In this document: piece by piece, positions 13,271 through 27,200 of the stretch
Layout of the letters: every line of letters begins with the position of its first letter
Position numbering within the stretch: position 1 is the first letter of the stretch
Made by a program: the position numbers and the translations under genes
Notes under the pieces: generated by a model
Seen by the model: only the letters and a program-made list of their open reading frames with translations
Told to the model about the DNA's origin: nothing
The model's database searches: none
Assembly: GCA_048128005.1 (NCBI GenBank)
Contig: JBEUKZ010000054.1
Span: forward strand, 1,116,001-1,180,000
Length of the DNA stretch: 64,000 nt
Source of the DNA: Veleropilina oligotropha
Taxonomy: Eukaryota
Reading direction: 5' to 3'

Positions 13271-13430
13271 TGTAAGTCGGTTACAAACCTCGTTAGTCTG
13301 TATTCATCTATTTGAAAGACCTGCTTCCGTGCTGGAGCACCTCGACCGCTTCGCGGTCTTGGTGTCACATCTGCACGGGCGCAGGTCTTTCAAATCGATG
13401 AATACCTCCAACTCGGTTAGTAACCTATAC
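13271..13430. mobile_element. Foldback (palindromic) element, same family as 46352-47053
   Basis: Arms ggttac/gtaacc, gtattcatc/gatgaatac, atttgaaagacctgc/gcaggtctttcaaat; apex gaccgcttcgcggtc. Confidence 0.7.
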
Positions 13431-14672
13431 GTCCAGCCTTGAAAGTTGTAAATATACAATAAGTATTGATCAAATCCAGTCGATACAAATATTATTCTAC
13501 TATGTTTATACTACATCATATCCATTTCATGTATCTCTGCATGCATTGTATATTATTTAAAGAAATTGAAATTTCAATAGAAATGATATAAAAATGAGCC
13601 TGTTATAAAGAACTGACAACTTTCTTCCACAGCTGATACCATTATCGGAGGGTCGTTTACCGGACCTGTAATTGTCAATGAACATCTTAACATGATATTC
13701 TGTAGGTCATAGGGCTGTATCGTGTATATATCCACCCTGTTTATGAATGCTACACTGAACAAGTCTTCTCATTGTGGATACAATCCTCGAATGTTGGAAG
13801 CCTTTGCCAGTCCTCGTGAAACCTCCAAGTCAATTCACAAACATCTGCACAGGAGGATCCATCACTCTGCCCCCAAAATATCCTCAATGGGGTTGAAATC
13901 GAGGCTCATTGCAGACCATGATAATGTTTCTACTGCAGATGGCCGAGTACTGCTCTGGTATGATGAGGTCGAGCATTGTAATTTATGAACACTGATTGTA
14001 TGATTGTCCGACGTACGTCCGTCCGTCGTCAACTTTTGACTGAAATGTGAATATCTTCAAAACTGTCTGATAACTTTTATTCTTCTTTGGCATGAGCCTT
14101 CCTTATGATGTTCTGAACATATCCTGAAATTATTAGGAAATTCTACATCGCGGATTTGATGAAATTTACCTTTTTGGACTTGGAAAATCCAATTCTGCGA
14201 CAAGTTTTGACATCAAATATGAATAGTTCCGAAACTGTCTGATAACTTTTTTTCTACTTTGGCATAACCATGGCTTGTGATGTTCTTAACTTATCCTGCG
14301 AATGTTAGAAAAATGTACGTCTCGGAATTGGAATTTGTCAAAACAACTGTCGTGCATATTGGTAAGCTATTACATGGGGGAAGTGCTGCTCAAATTTCTA
14401 AAGTTGTTTGATAATATTGATGCATCCTTATTCAGCGGAGCTATACAGGTCGAGAGGCCTCTTGTTGCTTAATTTGCATGAGTCTTCCTTATGATGTTTT
14501 TAACTTATCCTGTAAATATTAGAAAAATGTACGTCTCAGTTTTGCAGAAATTCGGAATTTGGACTTTGTCATGACAGCTAGCTTGTATATTGGTATGCTA
14601 TTGCACGGGAAAGTGCTGCCCAAATTTCAAGTTTTTTGACTAAATTGATGAATCTTTTTCAGCGGAGCTATA

Positions 14673-16166
14673 CACCTGGAACTTAATTAATCACAACCCA
14701 AAATTTTGGAAGTAACTTATATTCAGCAATGTGTCTGATGCATGGTCGCAATATTGGAAATGCGTAATTCCATTACATTTTAATGTGAAATTTTTACAGA
14801 GGAAAAAGAAGTGTCAGTTTGAGCGAAAATGAAGATAATTTAACTATGGAGCTGACGCCACGATACAGAGATATTCAGAATGGTCCCATGTTTGCCATCC
14901 TCGAACAAGGTATCTGCTATCATAAAATGTTGAAAGTGTCAATATTTGGTGTAACCACCGCGGACACGGATGATTGCTTCCAGACGTCTTCGCGTGCCCT
15001 GGACCAGACGGATCAGACGCTGTGGGATCGCCTGCCAGTCCTGGTGCAATACTGCCATCAATTCTGCCAAATTTTGAACTGGAGTATATCTTTCACGTAT
15101 TCGGCTACCAAGAATGTCCCATAAGTGTTCAATTGGATTGATGTCAGGGCTTCTTGCAGACCCGGGAATGGTGGTGGTAGCACTTCGCTGCAGGAAATCC
15201 GCTATATCGCGTGCTTGATGGAGTCTAGCATTGTCGTCCATGCACACTGGCCTCGTTGCCAGTGCATGGTTGTCAAAGTGAAGGACGACCACGTTTTCCA
15301 GGATGTCCCTATGGTTGCCTCTGACAGTGACTAGATCAAACTTGCAATCGTGGGGCACACATCCCCAGACTATATCTCATATCCTCCACTGAATAGAACG
15401 GTCTTCTGGATGTTTTTGGCGGCGTAGCGGTATTTCGTTTTCTCCAGACACATGTGCGAAAGAAAGCGACCTTCCGACCAATGGACCTTCCTCCAAGACG
15501 CAACATTCCATCTGTGGCGTGCTTGACACGAGCGAAATGTGCTGCTTGGTGTGGTCGTGTCATCGGGGACGCTTGATAGGCTTCCTGGTTCCGTAGCCAG
15601 CAGCTTCAGACGATTTCTGATGGTTCTAGTGGACATGCCCCAATTGGGAATCATGTTATCTCTCAAGACCTTGCTGGGAAGCGCCGTACTGGTCTAATCA
15701 AAGCCATATCTTCACGTGGAGAAGTTTTACGGGGTTGTCCTGGGTGGTTCCTGTCCTTCACATCATTTGTCTGCTGGTGATTTCGCACCAGTCTACTAAT
15801 TACAGTATGGTTCGAGCCAATTGTCTCCCAATTTCTGTACATGACAATCCTGGATTATTCATTCCAATAATCTGCCACCTTGTGGCGATAGATACTTTTC
15901 TGCCAACCGTTAGATATTTTTTGGTGGACAAAATAATACCTCTTTCCACAAAACAAGCGGACAACAGAATGAAACTAACATTTGTTTTTCGCAGACATGA
16001 AGCACGTGCAATTTGTGCGAGTTTCCTAGCCGCCAAGATCACCGAAACTATTGTATAGTGTGTGAGAAGGGCCATAATTGTCATAGTATTAATATCGACT
16101 GTCTACCAATTACAACAATAATTTAGTAACTATGGAAATTGGCGGTGCTTAATTAAGTTCCAGGTA
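14673..16166 (-). mobile_element. Tc1/mariner (Tc1-type) DNA transposon, full length but inactive
   Basis: TIRs cacctggaacttaattaatcac / gtgcttaattaagttccaggta, flanked by TA on both sides; ~1.5 kb. Confidence 0.92.
14939..15920 (-). pseudogene. Frameshifted Tc1 transposase
   Basis: HTH fragments (RWQIIGM..GLSCTEIGRQL; STRTIRNRL) and catalytic fragment MDDNARLH..SPDINPIEHLWDIL..GGYTKY lie in different frames. Confidence 0.9.
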
Positions 16167-16589
16167 TATATATAGGTCGAAAGGTCTCTTGTTTCATATT
16201 TGACGAAACGTCTGCGTGTTTCGATGAAAAGTCTGACGAACGAACTTATGCTGAAGAATTGAGTTGGAAGAATTGACCGATGTCCACCATAATGGCCGAC
16301 GTTGAATAGTAATATTGCACTAGCGGGCAGCGATTTCAGCGGCATCATCACATTTCAAAAGCCGCCCGAAGGTCGGATTCCTTATCAATGAGTATCTGTA
16401 TTAAAAGATAAAATAATGTTCATTCGTGTTATTAATTTATATATTGAAATGTAACTGGTAACATAAGTGTTCTAATACAATGAGTCGGATGACGATGCCT
16501 TCCCATCTAAACGTACAGATTGCAATGAAAATGCCTTCACGTCAGATGTCATGTACGACTACCCCGAACCTCGTTCACATAAAGCAATA

Positions 16590-17075
16590 CCTTTCCATGC
16601 CATCAATGACGAATGGCAATTGTTATTTCAACGCTATTCGGGCTTTCAAGTGAAAATTACCATAAGGCTTTAAGCATTTTGAAAGTCTTTATATTGTTGG
16701 GTCTGCAAAACCACAAGGAATTGACAGTTCGAATGCGAGGTATTGGGGCTGCGGCTTTCAAACCTCGAGTTATTGGTGGCCAAATGTATCATGTTGGTGT
16801 CCGGGATTATATCCTTAATACATGGAGAACAATCAGGACATATGGACAGTACAATAAAAGACACACACATGTCTGAGGTTGGTGATTGGCCCAGAAACTG
16901 AAATTCTGGCATTTGCAATAATTATACGAATACTACAATATGTGTTCACTAACGGACGGATGATCAGCCAAACTTTGCATATATAATGATTGTTCCAATT
17001 GGGGAAATTTTACCTAGGAAAGAAGTATCTATATCAGTCACAAATGTCTGCGCTCCTTTTGAACCAGTTGTTATG
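16590..17075 (+). pseudogene. Decayed OTU-like cysteine protease domain
   Basis: Across frameshifts: FHAINDEWQ, RG(I)GxCGF (~GDGNCxF), GGQMYHVGVRDYIL, GDW..ETEILAFA, NTTICV, SIYI..PFEPVV (~HFEPV), in canonical OTU order. Confidence 0.5.
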
Positions 17076-18115
17076 GCATCGGTCACAAGCCATCCATTGG
17101 AATAAAGAGCTATGTGAAGAAATAAAGGCAGTATACATCAAACAAGTCGTACCTGGACGATAATCGCTCAAATGAGGCCACACTTGAAGCAGTTGGCGTT
17201 AAAGGAGATACTGTTATTTGTATTTATCAATACGCACCACGAATGTATAAAGATGCCATCGAGGCTATAAATGCTACCGATGCGGGTATCGGCTGATTAG
17301 GATGTATTTAATGACGAGCCAACGCGTCTCGGTATACTTGAACTCGGCTGCAGACGTTTTCATCTACGACATTTACTTGGGGAGTTGAACTATATATATA
17401 TAAATATATACGACATTTACTTCTTTATAATAATATAACATTTATTCTAATCATATGAACCAATTTTTGGCACAATTGGTCGTTTGCGCATACTACGGTA
17501 TTGAAGAAATTATCTTTTACCAATCGACCATTCATACATAAATTTATTGCATTATTGCACCGTCCGCCGACAAATACGGACAAACACACATAATGGACGA
17601 TACCTCACTAAATGCAATGAGAAGACCTATTAAATGACACCAGTTGTATGTTCATAAGTGTTCAGTGGATACACGGTGAATCCCACCCGCCTCTGTCGGT
17701 TAATGCCTTCTACCAAGATCGAACCCAAACACTGGTGAAGTACACTAGTCAGTCAGAGAATGTGAAGCAATTCATGGAGAAATCGTCGCTGGTGTATTCT
17801 CATTTATAACGATAGGCGGCTTTGATTGTCAGAGGGATCTGACAACACTTGTAAGGGTTAAAATACGATGATTGCCAGTAGACCAAGGTCTCATTTTTTC
17901 AGTGCCATCCAAGATAGCTGTAGATTTGACGCCCACAATGAGATTCTTTGAAAACAATAATATAGAATGTGTCCCCAGTTCATCAACAGCTCATGTGGTG
18001 TATCTCCTTCACAAAATAAGTTATCAGCAAGTTTTACCACATGCCTTTAAGACACCCACAACAATACTAATTGCTGATTTGGCATATACTTTGACACCTC
18101 GAAAATTATGTTACG

Positions 18116-18315
18116 TATGATGGCTGATTTATGTTAGAACGACAAGACGATAAAATACCATGCCAAACGAGAGGACGACATTTTAACGCGAAAATACGAT
18201 ATTCTAGTGCGATAAGACGACAATCACAGCCTGTCGTTTTATCGTTTTGACGCCGACGTCCACGTTACCGTCTTTTCGCTGGGTGCCAAGGCGACGTCAT
18301 GAATCAGCCACCATA
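18116..18315. mobile_element. 200-bp MITE with IS3EU-type termini
   Basis: TIR tatgatggctgatttatg / catgaatcagccaccata; 6-bp TSD gttacg at 18110-18115 and 18316-18321. Confidence 0.75.
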
Positions 18316-18620
18316 GTTACGGCTTCGCAATATTTCATTGATCTTTTAGCTAATGCAATTTAATAAAATGCGCAGAGATGATAATATGTTTTCATATAGT
18401 TACCTTTCTTAGAGTGAGATTTACGACCGGTAATTGGGATCTGGTTGAGTCTCTCTGTAGCGTCCTACATATAATCTGCGACTGCAGTAATGAAACGCTT
18501 GGTTTCTTCAACGTGAATGATATACGGCAGGTATACCTACATTTTGTTGGCATACAAGGACATCTTTAATTGAACCATTCTAATTTTCCTTGAAGTTTTA
18601 GCAATTTGTTAATGTTGTAC

Positions 18621-20046
18621 CGAGTACGACGTGCTCTTCTCTGATGACGACGTGCTCTTCTCTGAGGACGACGTGATCTTCTCCGAGGACGACGTGCTCT
18701 TCTCTGAGGATGACGTGCTCTTCTCTGAGGACGACGTCCTCTTGACTTGCTCTTCTCTGAGGACGACGTGCTCTTCTCTGAGGACGAAGTGCTATTCTAT
18801 GGGGACGACGTGCTCTTCTCTGAGGACGACATCCTCTTGACGTGCTCTTCTCTGAGGATGACGTGCTCTTCTCTGAGGACGACGTGCTCTTCTCTAAGGA
18901 CGACGTGCTCTTCCATGAGGACGACGTGCTCTTCTTCGAGGATGACGTGCTCTTCTCTGAGGATGACGTGCTCTTCACTGAGGACGACGTGCTCTTCCCC
19001 GAGGACGACGTGCTTTTCTCTGCGGATGACGTGCTCTTCTCTGAGGATGACGTGCTCTTCTCCGAGGACGACGTGTTATTCTCTGACGACGTGCTCCTCT
19101 CTGAGGATGACATGCTCGTCTATGATGACGAATTACTCTCCTCTGAGGACAACGTGCTCTTCTCTGATGACGATGTGCGCTTCTCTGAGGACGACGTGCA
19201 CTTCTCTGAGGACGACGTGCTCTTCTCTGAGGATGACGTGTTCTTCTCTGAGGACGACGTGCTCTTCTCTCAAGATGATGTGCTCTTCTCTGGGGACGAC
19301 GTGCTCGTATCTGAGGACGACGTGCTCTTCTTTCAGGATGACGTGCTCTTCTCTGATGACGACGTGCTCTTCTCTGATGACGACGTGCTTTTCCCCGAAG
19401 ACGACGTGCTCTTCTCTGCGGATGACGTCCTCTTCTCCGAGGACGACGTTCTCTTCTCCGAGGACGACGTGTTATTCTATGAGGATGACGTGCTCGTCTC
19501 TGATGACAACGTACTCTCCTCTGAGGACGACGTGCTCTCCTCTTAGGACGACGTTTTGTTCTGTGAGGACGACATGCTCTTCTCTGATGACAACATTTTG
19601 TTCTGTGAGGACGACATGCTCTTCTCTGAGGACGACGTTTTGTTCTGTGAGGACGACGTGCTCTTCTCTGAGGCCGACGTGGTCTCCTCTGAGGACGACG
19701 TTTTGTTCTGTGAGGACGGCATGCTCTTTACTGATGACAACGTACTCTTCTCTGAGGATGACGTGCTCTTCTCTGAGGACGGCGTGCTCTTCTCTCAGGA
19801 TGAAGTGTTCTTCTCTCACGATGACGTGTTATTCTCTCAGGATGATGTGCTCTCCTCTGAGGACGACGTGCTCTTCTCTGATGATGACGTGCTCTTCTCT
19901 GAGGACGACATTTTGTTCTGTGAGGATGACGTGCTCTTCTCTGAGAACGATACGCATTTCTCTGATGATGACGTGTTCTTCTCTGGAGACGACGCGCTCT
20001 TCTCTAAAAATGAGGTGGTTTTCTCTAAGAACGTCGTGCTCTGCTC
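18621..20046. repeat. 21-bp minisatellite (gaggacgacgtgctcttctct)n, block 1
   Basis: 21-bp period; source of the spurious SEDDVLF/TCSSLRT ORFs. Confidence 0.95.
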
Positions 20047-20702
20047 TGCGCATACTACGGTATTGAAGAAATTATCTTTTACCAATCGACCATTCATACA
20101 TAAATTTATTGCATTATTGCACCGTCCGCCGACAAATACGGACAAACACACATAATGGACGATACCTCACTAAATGCAATGAGAAGACCTATTAAATGAC
20201 ACCAGTTGTATGTTCATAAGTGTTCAGTGGATACACGGTGAATCCCACCCGCCTCTGTCGGTTAATGGGAACAGTTAAGAACTCCAAAGTTGCCTTCTAC
20301 CAAGATCGAACCCAAACACTGGTGAAGTACACTAGTCAGTCAGAGAATGTGAAGCAATTCATGGAGAAATCGTCGCTGGTGTATTCTCATTTATAACGAT
20401 AGGCGGCTTTGATTGTCAGAGGGATCTGACAACACTTGTAAGGGTTAAAATACGATGATTGCCAGTAGACCAAGGTCTCATTTTTTCAGTGCCATCCAAG
20501 ATAGCTGTAGATTTGACGCCCACAATGAGATTCTTTGAAAACAATAATATAGAATGTGTCCCCAGTTCATCAACAGCTCATGTGGTGTATCTCCTTCACA
20601 AAATAAGTTATCAGCAAGTTTTACCACATGCCTTTAAGACACCCACAACAATACTAATTGCTGATTTGGCATATACTTTGACACCTCGAAAATTATGTTA
20701 CG

Positions 20703-20902
20703 TATGATGGCTGATTTATGCCAGAACGACAAGACGATAAAATACCATGCCAAACGAGAGGACGACATTTTAACGCGAAAATACGATATTCTAGTGCGAT
20801 AAGACGACAATCACAGCCTGTCGTTTTATCGTTTTGACGCCGACGTCCACGTTACCGTCTTTTCGCTGGGTGCCAAGGCGACGTCATGAATCAGCCACCA
20901 TA
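20703..20902. mobile_element. Second copy of the 200-bp IS3EU-type MITE (product of the tandem duplication)
   Basis: Same TIRs and same gttacg TSD. Confidence 0.75.
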
Positions 20903-21207
20903 GTTACGGCTTCGCAATATTTCATTGATCTTTTAGCTAATGCAATTTAATAAAATGCGCAGAGATGATAATATGTTTTCATATAGTTACCTTTCTTAGA
21001 GTGAGATTTACGACCGGTAATTGGGATCTGGTTGAGTCTCTCTGTAGCGTCCTACATATAATCTGCGACTGCAGTAATGAAACGCTTGGTTTCTTCAACG
21101 TGAATGATATACGGCAGGTATACCTACATTTTGTTGGCATACAAGGACATCTTTAATTGAACCATTCTAATTTTCCTTGAAGTTTTAGCAATTTGTTAAT
21201 GTTGTAC

Positions 21208-24200
21208 CGAGTACGACGTGCTCTTCTCTGATGACGACGTGCTCTTCTCTGAGGACGACGTGATCTTCTCCGAGGACGACGTGCTCTTCTCTGAGGATGA
21301 CGTGCTCTTCTCTGAGGACGACGTCCTCTTGACTTGCTCTTCTCTGAGGACGACGTGCTCTTCTCTGAGGACGAAGTGCTCTTCTATGGGGACGACGTGC
21401 TCTTCTCTGAGGACGACATCCTCTTGACGTGCTCTTCTCTGAGGATGACGTGCTCTTCTCTGAGGACGACGTGCTCTTCTCTAAGGACGACGTGCTCTTC
21501 CATGAGGACGACGTGCTCTTCTTCGAGGATGACGTGCTCTTCTCTGAGGATGACGTGCTCTTCACTGAGGACGACGTGCTCTTCCCCGAGGACGACGTGC
21601 TTTTCTCTGCGGATGACGTGCTCTTCTCTGAGGATGACGTGCTCTTCTCCGAGGACGACGTGTTATTCTCTGACGACGTGCTCCTCTCTGAGGATGACAT
21701 GCTCGTCTATGATGACGAATTACTCTCCTCTGAGGACAACGTGCTCTTCTCTGATGACGATGTGCGCTTCTCTGAGGACGACGTGCACTTCTCTGAGGAC
21801 GACGTGCTCTTCTCTGAGGATGACGTGTTCTTCTCTGAGGACGACGTGCTCTTCTCTCAAGATGATGTGCTCTTCTCTGGGGACGACGTGCTCGTATCTG
21901 AGGACGACGTGCTCTTCTTTCAGGATGACGTGCTCTTCTCTGATGACGACGTGCTCTTCTCTGATGACGACGTGCTTTTCCCCGAAGACGACGTGCTCTT
22001 CTCTGCGGATGACGTCCTCTTCTCCGAGGACGACGTTCTCTTCTCCGAGGACGACGTGTTCTTCTATGAGGATGACGTGCTCGTCTCTGATGACAACGTA
22101 CTCTCCTCTGAGGACGACGTGCTCTCCTCTTAGGACGACGTTTTGTTCTGTGAGGACGACATGCTCTTCTCTGATGACAACATTTTGTTCTGTGAGGACG
22201 ACATGCTCTTCTCTGAGGACGACGTTTTGTTCTGTGAGGACGACGCGCTCTTCTATGAGGCCGACGTGGTCTCCTCTGAGGACGACGTTTTGTTCTGTGA
22301 GGACGGCATGCTCTTTACTGATGACAACGTACTCTTCTCTGAGGATGACGTGCTCTTCTCTGAGGACGGCATGCTCTTCTCTCAGGATGAAGTGTTCTTC
22401 TCTCACGATGACGTGTTATTCTCTCAGGATGATGTGCTCTCCTCTGAGGACGACGTGCTCTTCTCTGATGATGACGTGCTCTTCTCTGAGGACGACATTT
22501 TGTTCTGTGAGGATGACGTGCTCTTCTCTGAGAACGATACGCATTTCTCTGATGATGACGTGTTCTTCTCTGGAGACGACGCGCTCTTCTCTAAAAATGA
22601 GGTGCTTTTCTCTAAGAACGTCGTGCTCTGCTCTGCTCTGCTCTGCTCGTGCTCTTTTCTAATGATGACGTGCTCTTACCGGAGGATGACGTGCTCTTCT
22701 CTAAGGACGGCCTGCTCTTCTATGAAGACGACGTGCTATTCTCTAATGACCTTCTCTTCTTTGATGACAACGTGCTCTTCTCTGAGGACGACGCGCTCTT
22801 TTCTGATGCCGACGCGTTCTTCTTTGAGAACGTCACGTTCTTCTTTGAGAACGTCGCGCTCTTCTCTGAGGACGACGTGCTCTTCTCTGAGGACGACGCG
22901 TTCTTCACTGATGACGACGTGGTCTTCTCTGAGAATGACATGCTCTACTTTGGGGATGACGTGCTCTTCTATGAGGACGACGTGCTCTTCTATGAGGACG
23001 ACGCGTTCTTCTCTGGTGACGACGTGGTCTTCTCTGATAATGACGTTCTCTTCTCTGAGGACGACGTGCTCTTCTATGAGGACGATGTGCTCTGCTCTGA
23101 AGACAATGTGCTCTTCTCTAATAATGAGATGGTCTTCTCTGAGGATGACGTGCTCTTCTCTGAGGAAGACGTGCTCTTCTCTTATGATGACGAGCTCTCC
23201 TCTGGGAACGACGTGATCTTCCATGAGGAAGACGTGCTCTTCTCTGTGGACAACGTGCTCTTCTCTGATGACGACCTACTCTTCTCCGAGGACGACGTGC
23301 TCTTCTCTCAGGAAGACATGGTCTTCTGTGAGGACGACGTGCTCTTCTATGAGGACGACGTGCTCTTCTCTGATGACGACGTGCTCTTCTCTGAGGACGA
23401 CATGCTCTCTGATGACGACGTGCTCTTCTATGAGGACGACGTCTTCTTCTCTCAGGATGACGTGGTCTTCTGTGATGACGACGTGCTCTTCTCTGGGGAC
23501 GATGTGCTCTTCTCTCAGGATGATGTGGTCTTCTGTGATGACGACGTGCTCTTCTCCGAGGCCGACGTACTCTTCTCCAAGGGCGACGTGCTCTTTTCTG
23601 ATGACGACGCGTTCTTCTCTGAGAATGATGTGCTCTTCTCTGGGGGCGACGTGCTCTTCTCTGAGGATGACGTGGTCTTCTCTGAGGACGACGTGCTCTT
23701 CTCTAAGGATGACGTGCTCTTCTCTGAGGACGACGTGCTCGTCTCTAATGATGACGTGCTCTTCACTGAGGATGACGATTTCTCCTCTGGGGACGACGTG
23801 TTCTTCTATGAGGAAGACGTGCTCTTCTCTGGGGATGACGTACTCTTCTCTAATGATGACGTGCTCTTCTCTGAGGATGACGTACTCTTCTCTGAGAATG
23901 ACGGGCTCTCCCATGGGGACGACGTGATCTTCTATGCGGAAGACGTGCTCTTCTCTGGGGACGACATGCTCTTCTCTAATGATGTCGTGCTCTTCCCTCA
24001 GGACGACGTGCTCTTCTCTGAGGATAGCATACTTTCCTCTGAGGACAACGTGTTGTTCTGTGAGGACGACGTGCTCTTCTCTTATGATGACGTGCTCTTC
24101 TCTGAGGACGACGTGCTCTTCTCTGAGGATGACGATCTCTCCTCTGGGGACGACGTGATCTTCTATGAGGAAGACATGCTCTTCTCTGGGGACGACGTGC

Positions 24201-27200
24201 TCTTCTCTGAGGATGACGATCTCTCAATGTGCAGAGTCAGCTAAAAAGGGAAATCAAATATTGGGAATGATAAAGATAAATTTTAATTTTAAATCTAAAG
24301 CCATCATAACTCGCCTATACAAGCAAATGGTTAGACCGCATTTAGAATATGCAGTGCAAGCATGGTGTCCATATCTTGCTAAGGATATCAATATAATAGA
24401 ACAAGTTCAAAGAAGAGCCACAAAATTGATAGGAGAATTGAGAGAATTACCATACGAGGAGAGACTAAGAGCTCTGAACCTCACAACATTATCTTTGAGA
24501 AGGATAAGAGGTGATATGATTCAGGTTTTTAAAATGTTTACAGGAAAAGTCAACGTTGACAATAGTTTCTTTTTTCAGATGAACCAAGGGCATACCCGGG
24601 GGCATCAATACAAGATTTACAAAAAACGATTCCGACTAGACGTTAGAAAACACTTTTTCTCAAATCGGGTTGTCGATGAATGGAATGCTCTTCCTAATAA
24701 TGTAGTGGAATCGACATCTGTAAACCAATTTAAAAATCGCCTAGATGAGCATTTTAAGAAGAAGGGCAGGTTATAGAGGACAAGACAACTCAATGGGTTT
24801 TTATATGAGTGGCAGTAATGCGCTTTCTAAACCCAAACAAATTCTATTTAATCTATTTAATCCTCTGGGGACGACGTGATCGTCTATGAGGAAGACGTGC
24901 TCTTTTCTGGGGACGACGTGCTCTTCTCTAATGATGACGTGCTCTTCTCTGGGGACGACGTGCTCTTCTCTGAGGATGACGAGCTCTCCTCTGGGGACAA
25001 CGTGATCTTCTATGAGGAAGACGTGCTCTTCTCTGGGGATGACGTGCTCTTCTCTAATGATGACGTGCTCTTCTCTGAGGACGACGTGCTCTTCTCTGTG
25101 GACGACGTGCTCTTCTCTGAGAATGAGGTACTTTCCTCTGAGGACAACGTGTTGTTCTGTGATGACGACGGAGTTTTCTCTGGGGACAACAACGTGTTGT
25201 TCTTTGAGGACGACATGCTCTTCTCTGAGGACGACATGCTCTTCTCTGAGGACGACGAGCTCTTCACCGAGGATGACGTGCTCTTTTCTCAGGATGACGT
25301 GCCCTTCTCTGAGGACGACGTGCTCTTCTCTCCGGATGATGTGCTCTTCTCTGAGGACAATGTGCCCTTCTCTGAGGATGATGTGCTCTTCTCTCAGGAC
25401 GATGTGCTCTTCTCTCAGGATGACGTGTTCTTCTCTCAGGATGACGTGTTCTTCTCTTAGGATGACGTGCTCTCCTCTGAGGACGATGTGCTCTTCTCTG
25501 ATGACGACTCTCCTCTGAGGACGACTTTTTGTTCTGTGTGCTCTCCTCTGAGGACGACTTTTTGTTCTGTGTGGACGACGTGCTCTTCACCGAGGATGAC
25601 GTGCTCTTCTCTGAGTACAATGCGCATTTCTCTGGCGATGACGAGTTCTTCTCTCGGGACGACTGTTCTTCTCTATTGATGAGGTGCTTTTCTCTAAGAA
25701 CGTCGTGCTCTGCTATTAGGACGACATACCCTTTTCTAATGATGACGTGCTCTTACCTGAGGATGACGTACTCTTCTCTAAGGACGACCTGCTCTTCAAT
25801 GAGGACGTGCTCTTCTCGAATGATGATCTTCTCTTCTCTGAGGACGACGTGCTCTTCTCTGAGGACGACGTGCTCTTCTTTGAGAACGTCGCACTCTTAT
25901 CTGATGACGACGTGCTCTTCTCTGAGGACGACGTGCTCTTCTCTGATGACGACGTGCTCTTCTCGAATGATGATCTTCTCTTCTCTAATGATGACGTGCT
26001 CTTCTCCGGGGACGACGTTCTCTTTTCTGAGGATGACGAGCTCTCCTCTGGGGATGACGTGATCTTCTATGTGGAAGACGTGCTCTTCTCTGGGGACGAC
26101 GCGTTCTTCTCTGATGACGACGCCCTCTTCTCTGAGGACGACGTGCTCTTCTCTGAGGACGACGTGTTCTACTCTGAGGACGACTTGTCTTCTCTGGGGA
26201 TGACCCGCTCTTCTCTGAAGATGACGTGCTCTTCTCTGCGGATGACGTGCTCTTCTCTGAGGAAGACGTGCTCTTCTCTGAGAATGATTCGCTCTTCTCT
26301 GAGGAAGACGTGCTCTTCTCCGAGAATGACGTGCTCTTCTCTTGGGACGACGTGCTCTTCTCTGGGGACGACGTGCTCTTCTCTTAGAATGACGTGCTCT
26401 TCTCTGGGGACGACGTGCTCTTCTCTGAGGACGACGTGCTATTCTCTGAGGACGACATGCTCGGCTCTCAGTACGACGTGCTCTTCTCTAATGATGACGT
26501 GCTGTTCTCTGGGGACGACGTGATCTTCTATGAGGAAGATGTGCTCTTCTCTGGGGACGACGCATTCTTCTCTGATGACGACGTGCTCTTCTCTTAGGAC
26601 GACGTGCTCTTCTCTGAGGATGACGAGCTCTCCTCTCGGGATGACGTGATCTTCTATGAGGAAGACATGTTCTTCTCTGAGGGCGACATGTTCTACTCTG
26701 AGGACGACTTGTCTTCTCTGGGGATGACCCGCTCTTCCCTGAGGACGACGTGCTCTTCTCTGAGGGTGACGCGCTCTTCTCTAATGACGACGCACTTTTC
26801 ACTGAGGACGACGAGCTCTTCCCTGAGGATGACGCGCTCTTCTCTGATGACGATGCGTTCTTCTCTAATGACGACGCACTCTTCACTGAGGACGACGTGC
26901 TCTTCCCTGAGGATGACGTGCTCTTCTCTGATGACGATGCGTTCTTCTCTAATGACGACGCACTCTTCACTGAGGACGACGTGCTCTTCCCTGAGGATGA
27001 CGTGCTCTTCTCTGAGGACGACATGTTCTTCTCTGAGGACGACATGTTCTACTCTGAGGACGACTTGTCTTCTCTGGGGATGACCCGCTCTTCCCTGAGG
27101 ACGACGTGCTCTTCCCTGAGGATGACGTGCTCTTCTCTGATGACGATGCGTTCTTCTCTAATGACGACGCACTCTTCACTGAGGACGACGTGCTCTTCCC

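Larger units (their letters stand above)
13995..16193 (+). mobile_element. HINE-like element with a duplicated 3' module; the second 3' end is split by the Tc1 insertion
   Basis: cgtccgtccgtc microsatellite and internal repeats. The 3' motif cagcggagctatacaggtcgagaggcctcttgtt (14433-14466) recurs as cagcggagctata|Tc1|tataggtcgaaaggtctcttgtt. Confidence 0.6.
17485..22636. repeat. Near-identical head-to-tail duplication of ~2.57 kb (17485-20046 and 20047-~22636)
   Basis: Both copies start tgcgcatactacggtattgaag and end aagaacgtcgtgctctgctctgc. Offset is 2562, then 2587 after a 25-bp indel near 20268. Duplicated ORFs at 17872/20459 and 18378/20965. Confidence 0.95.
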
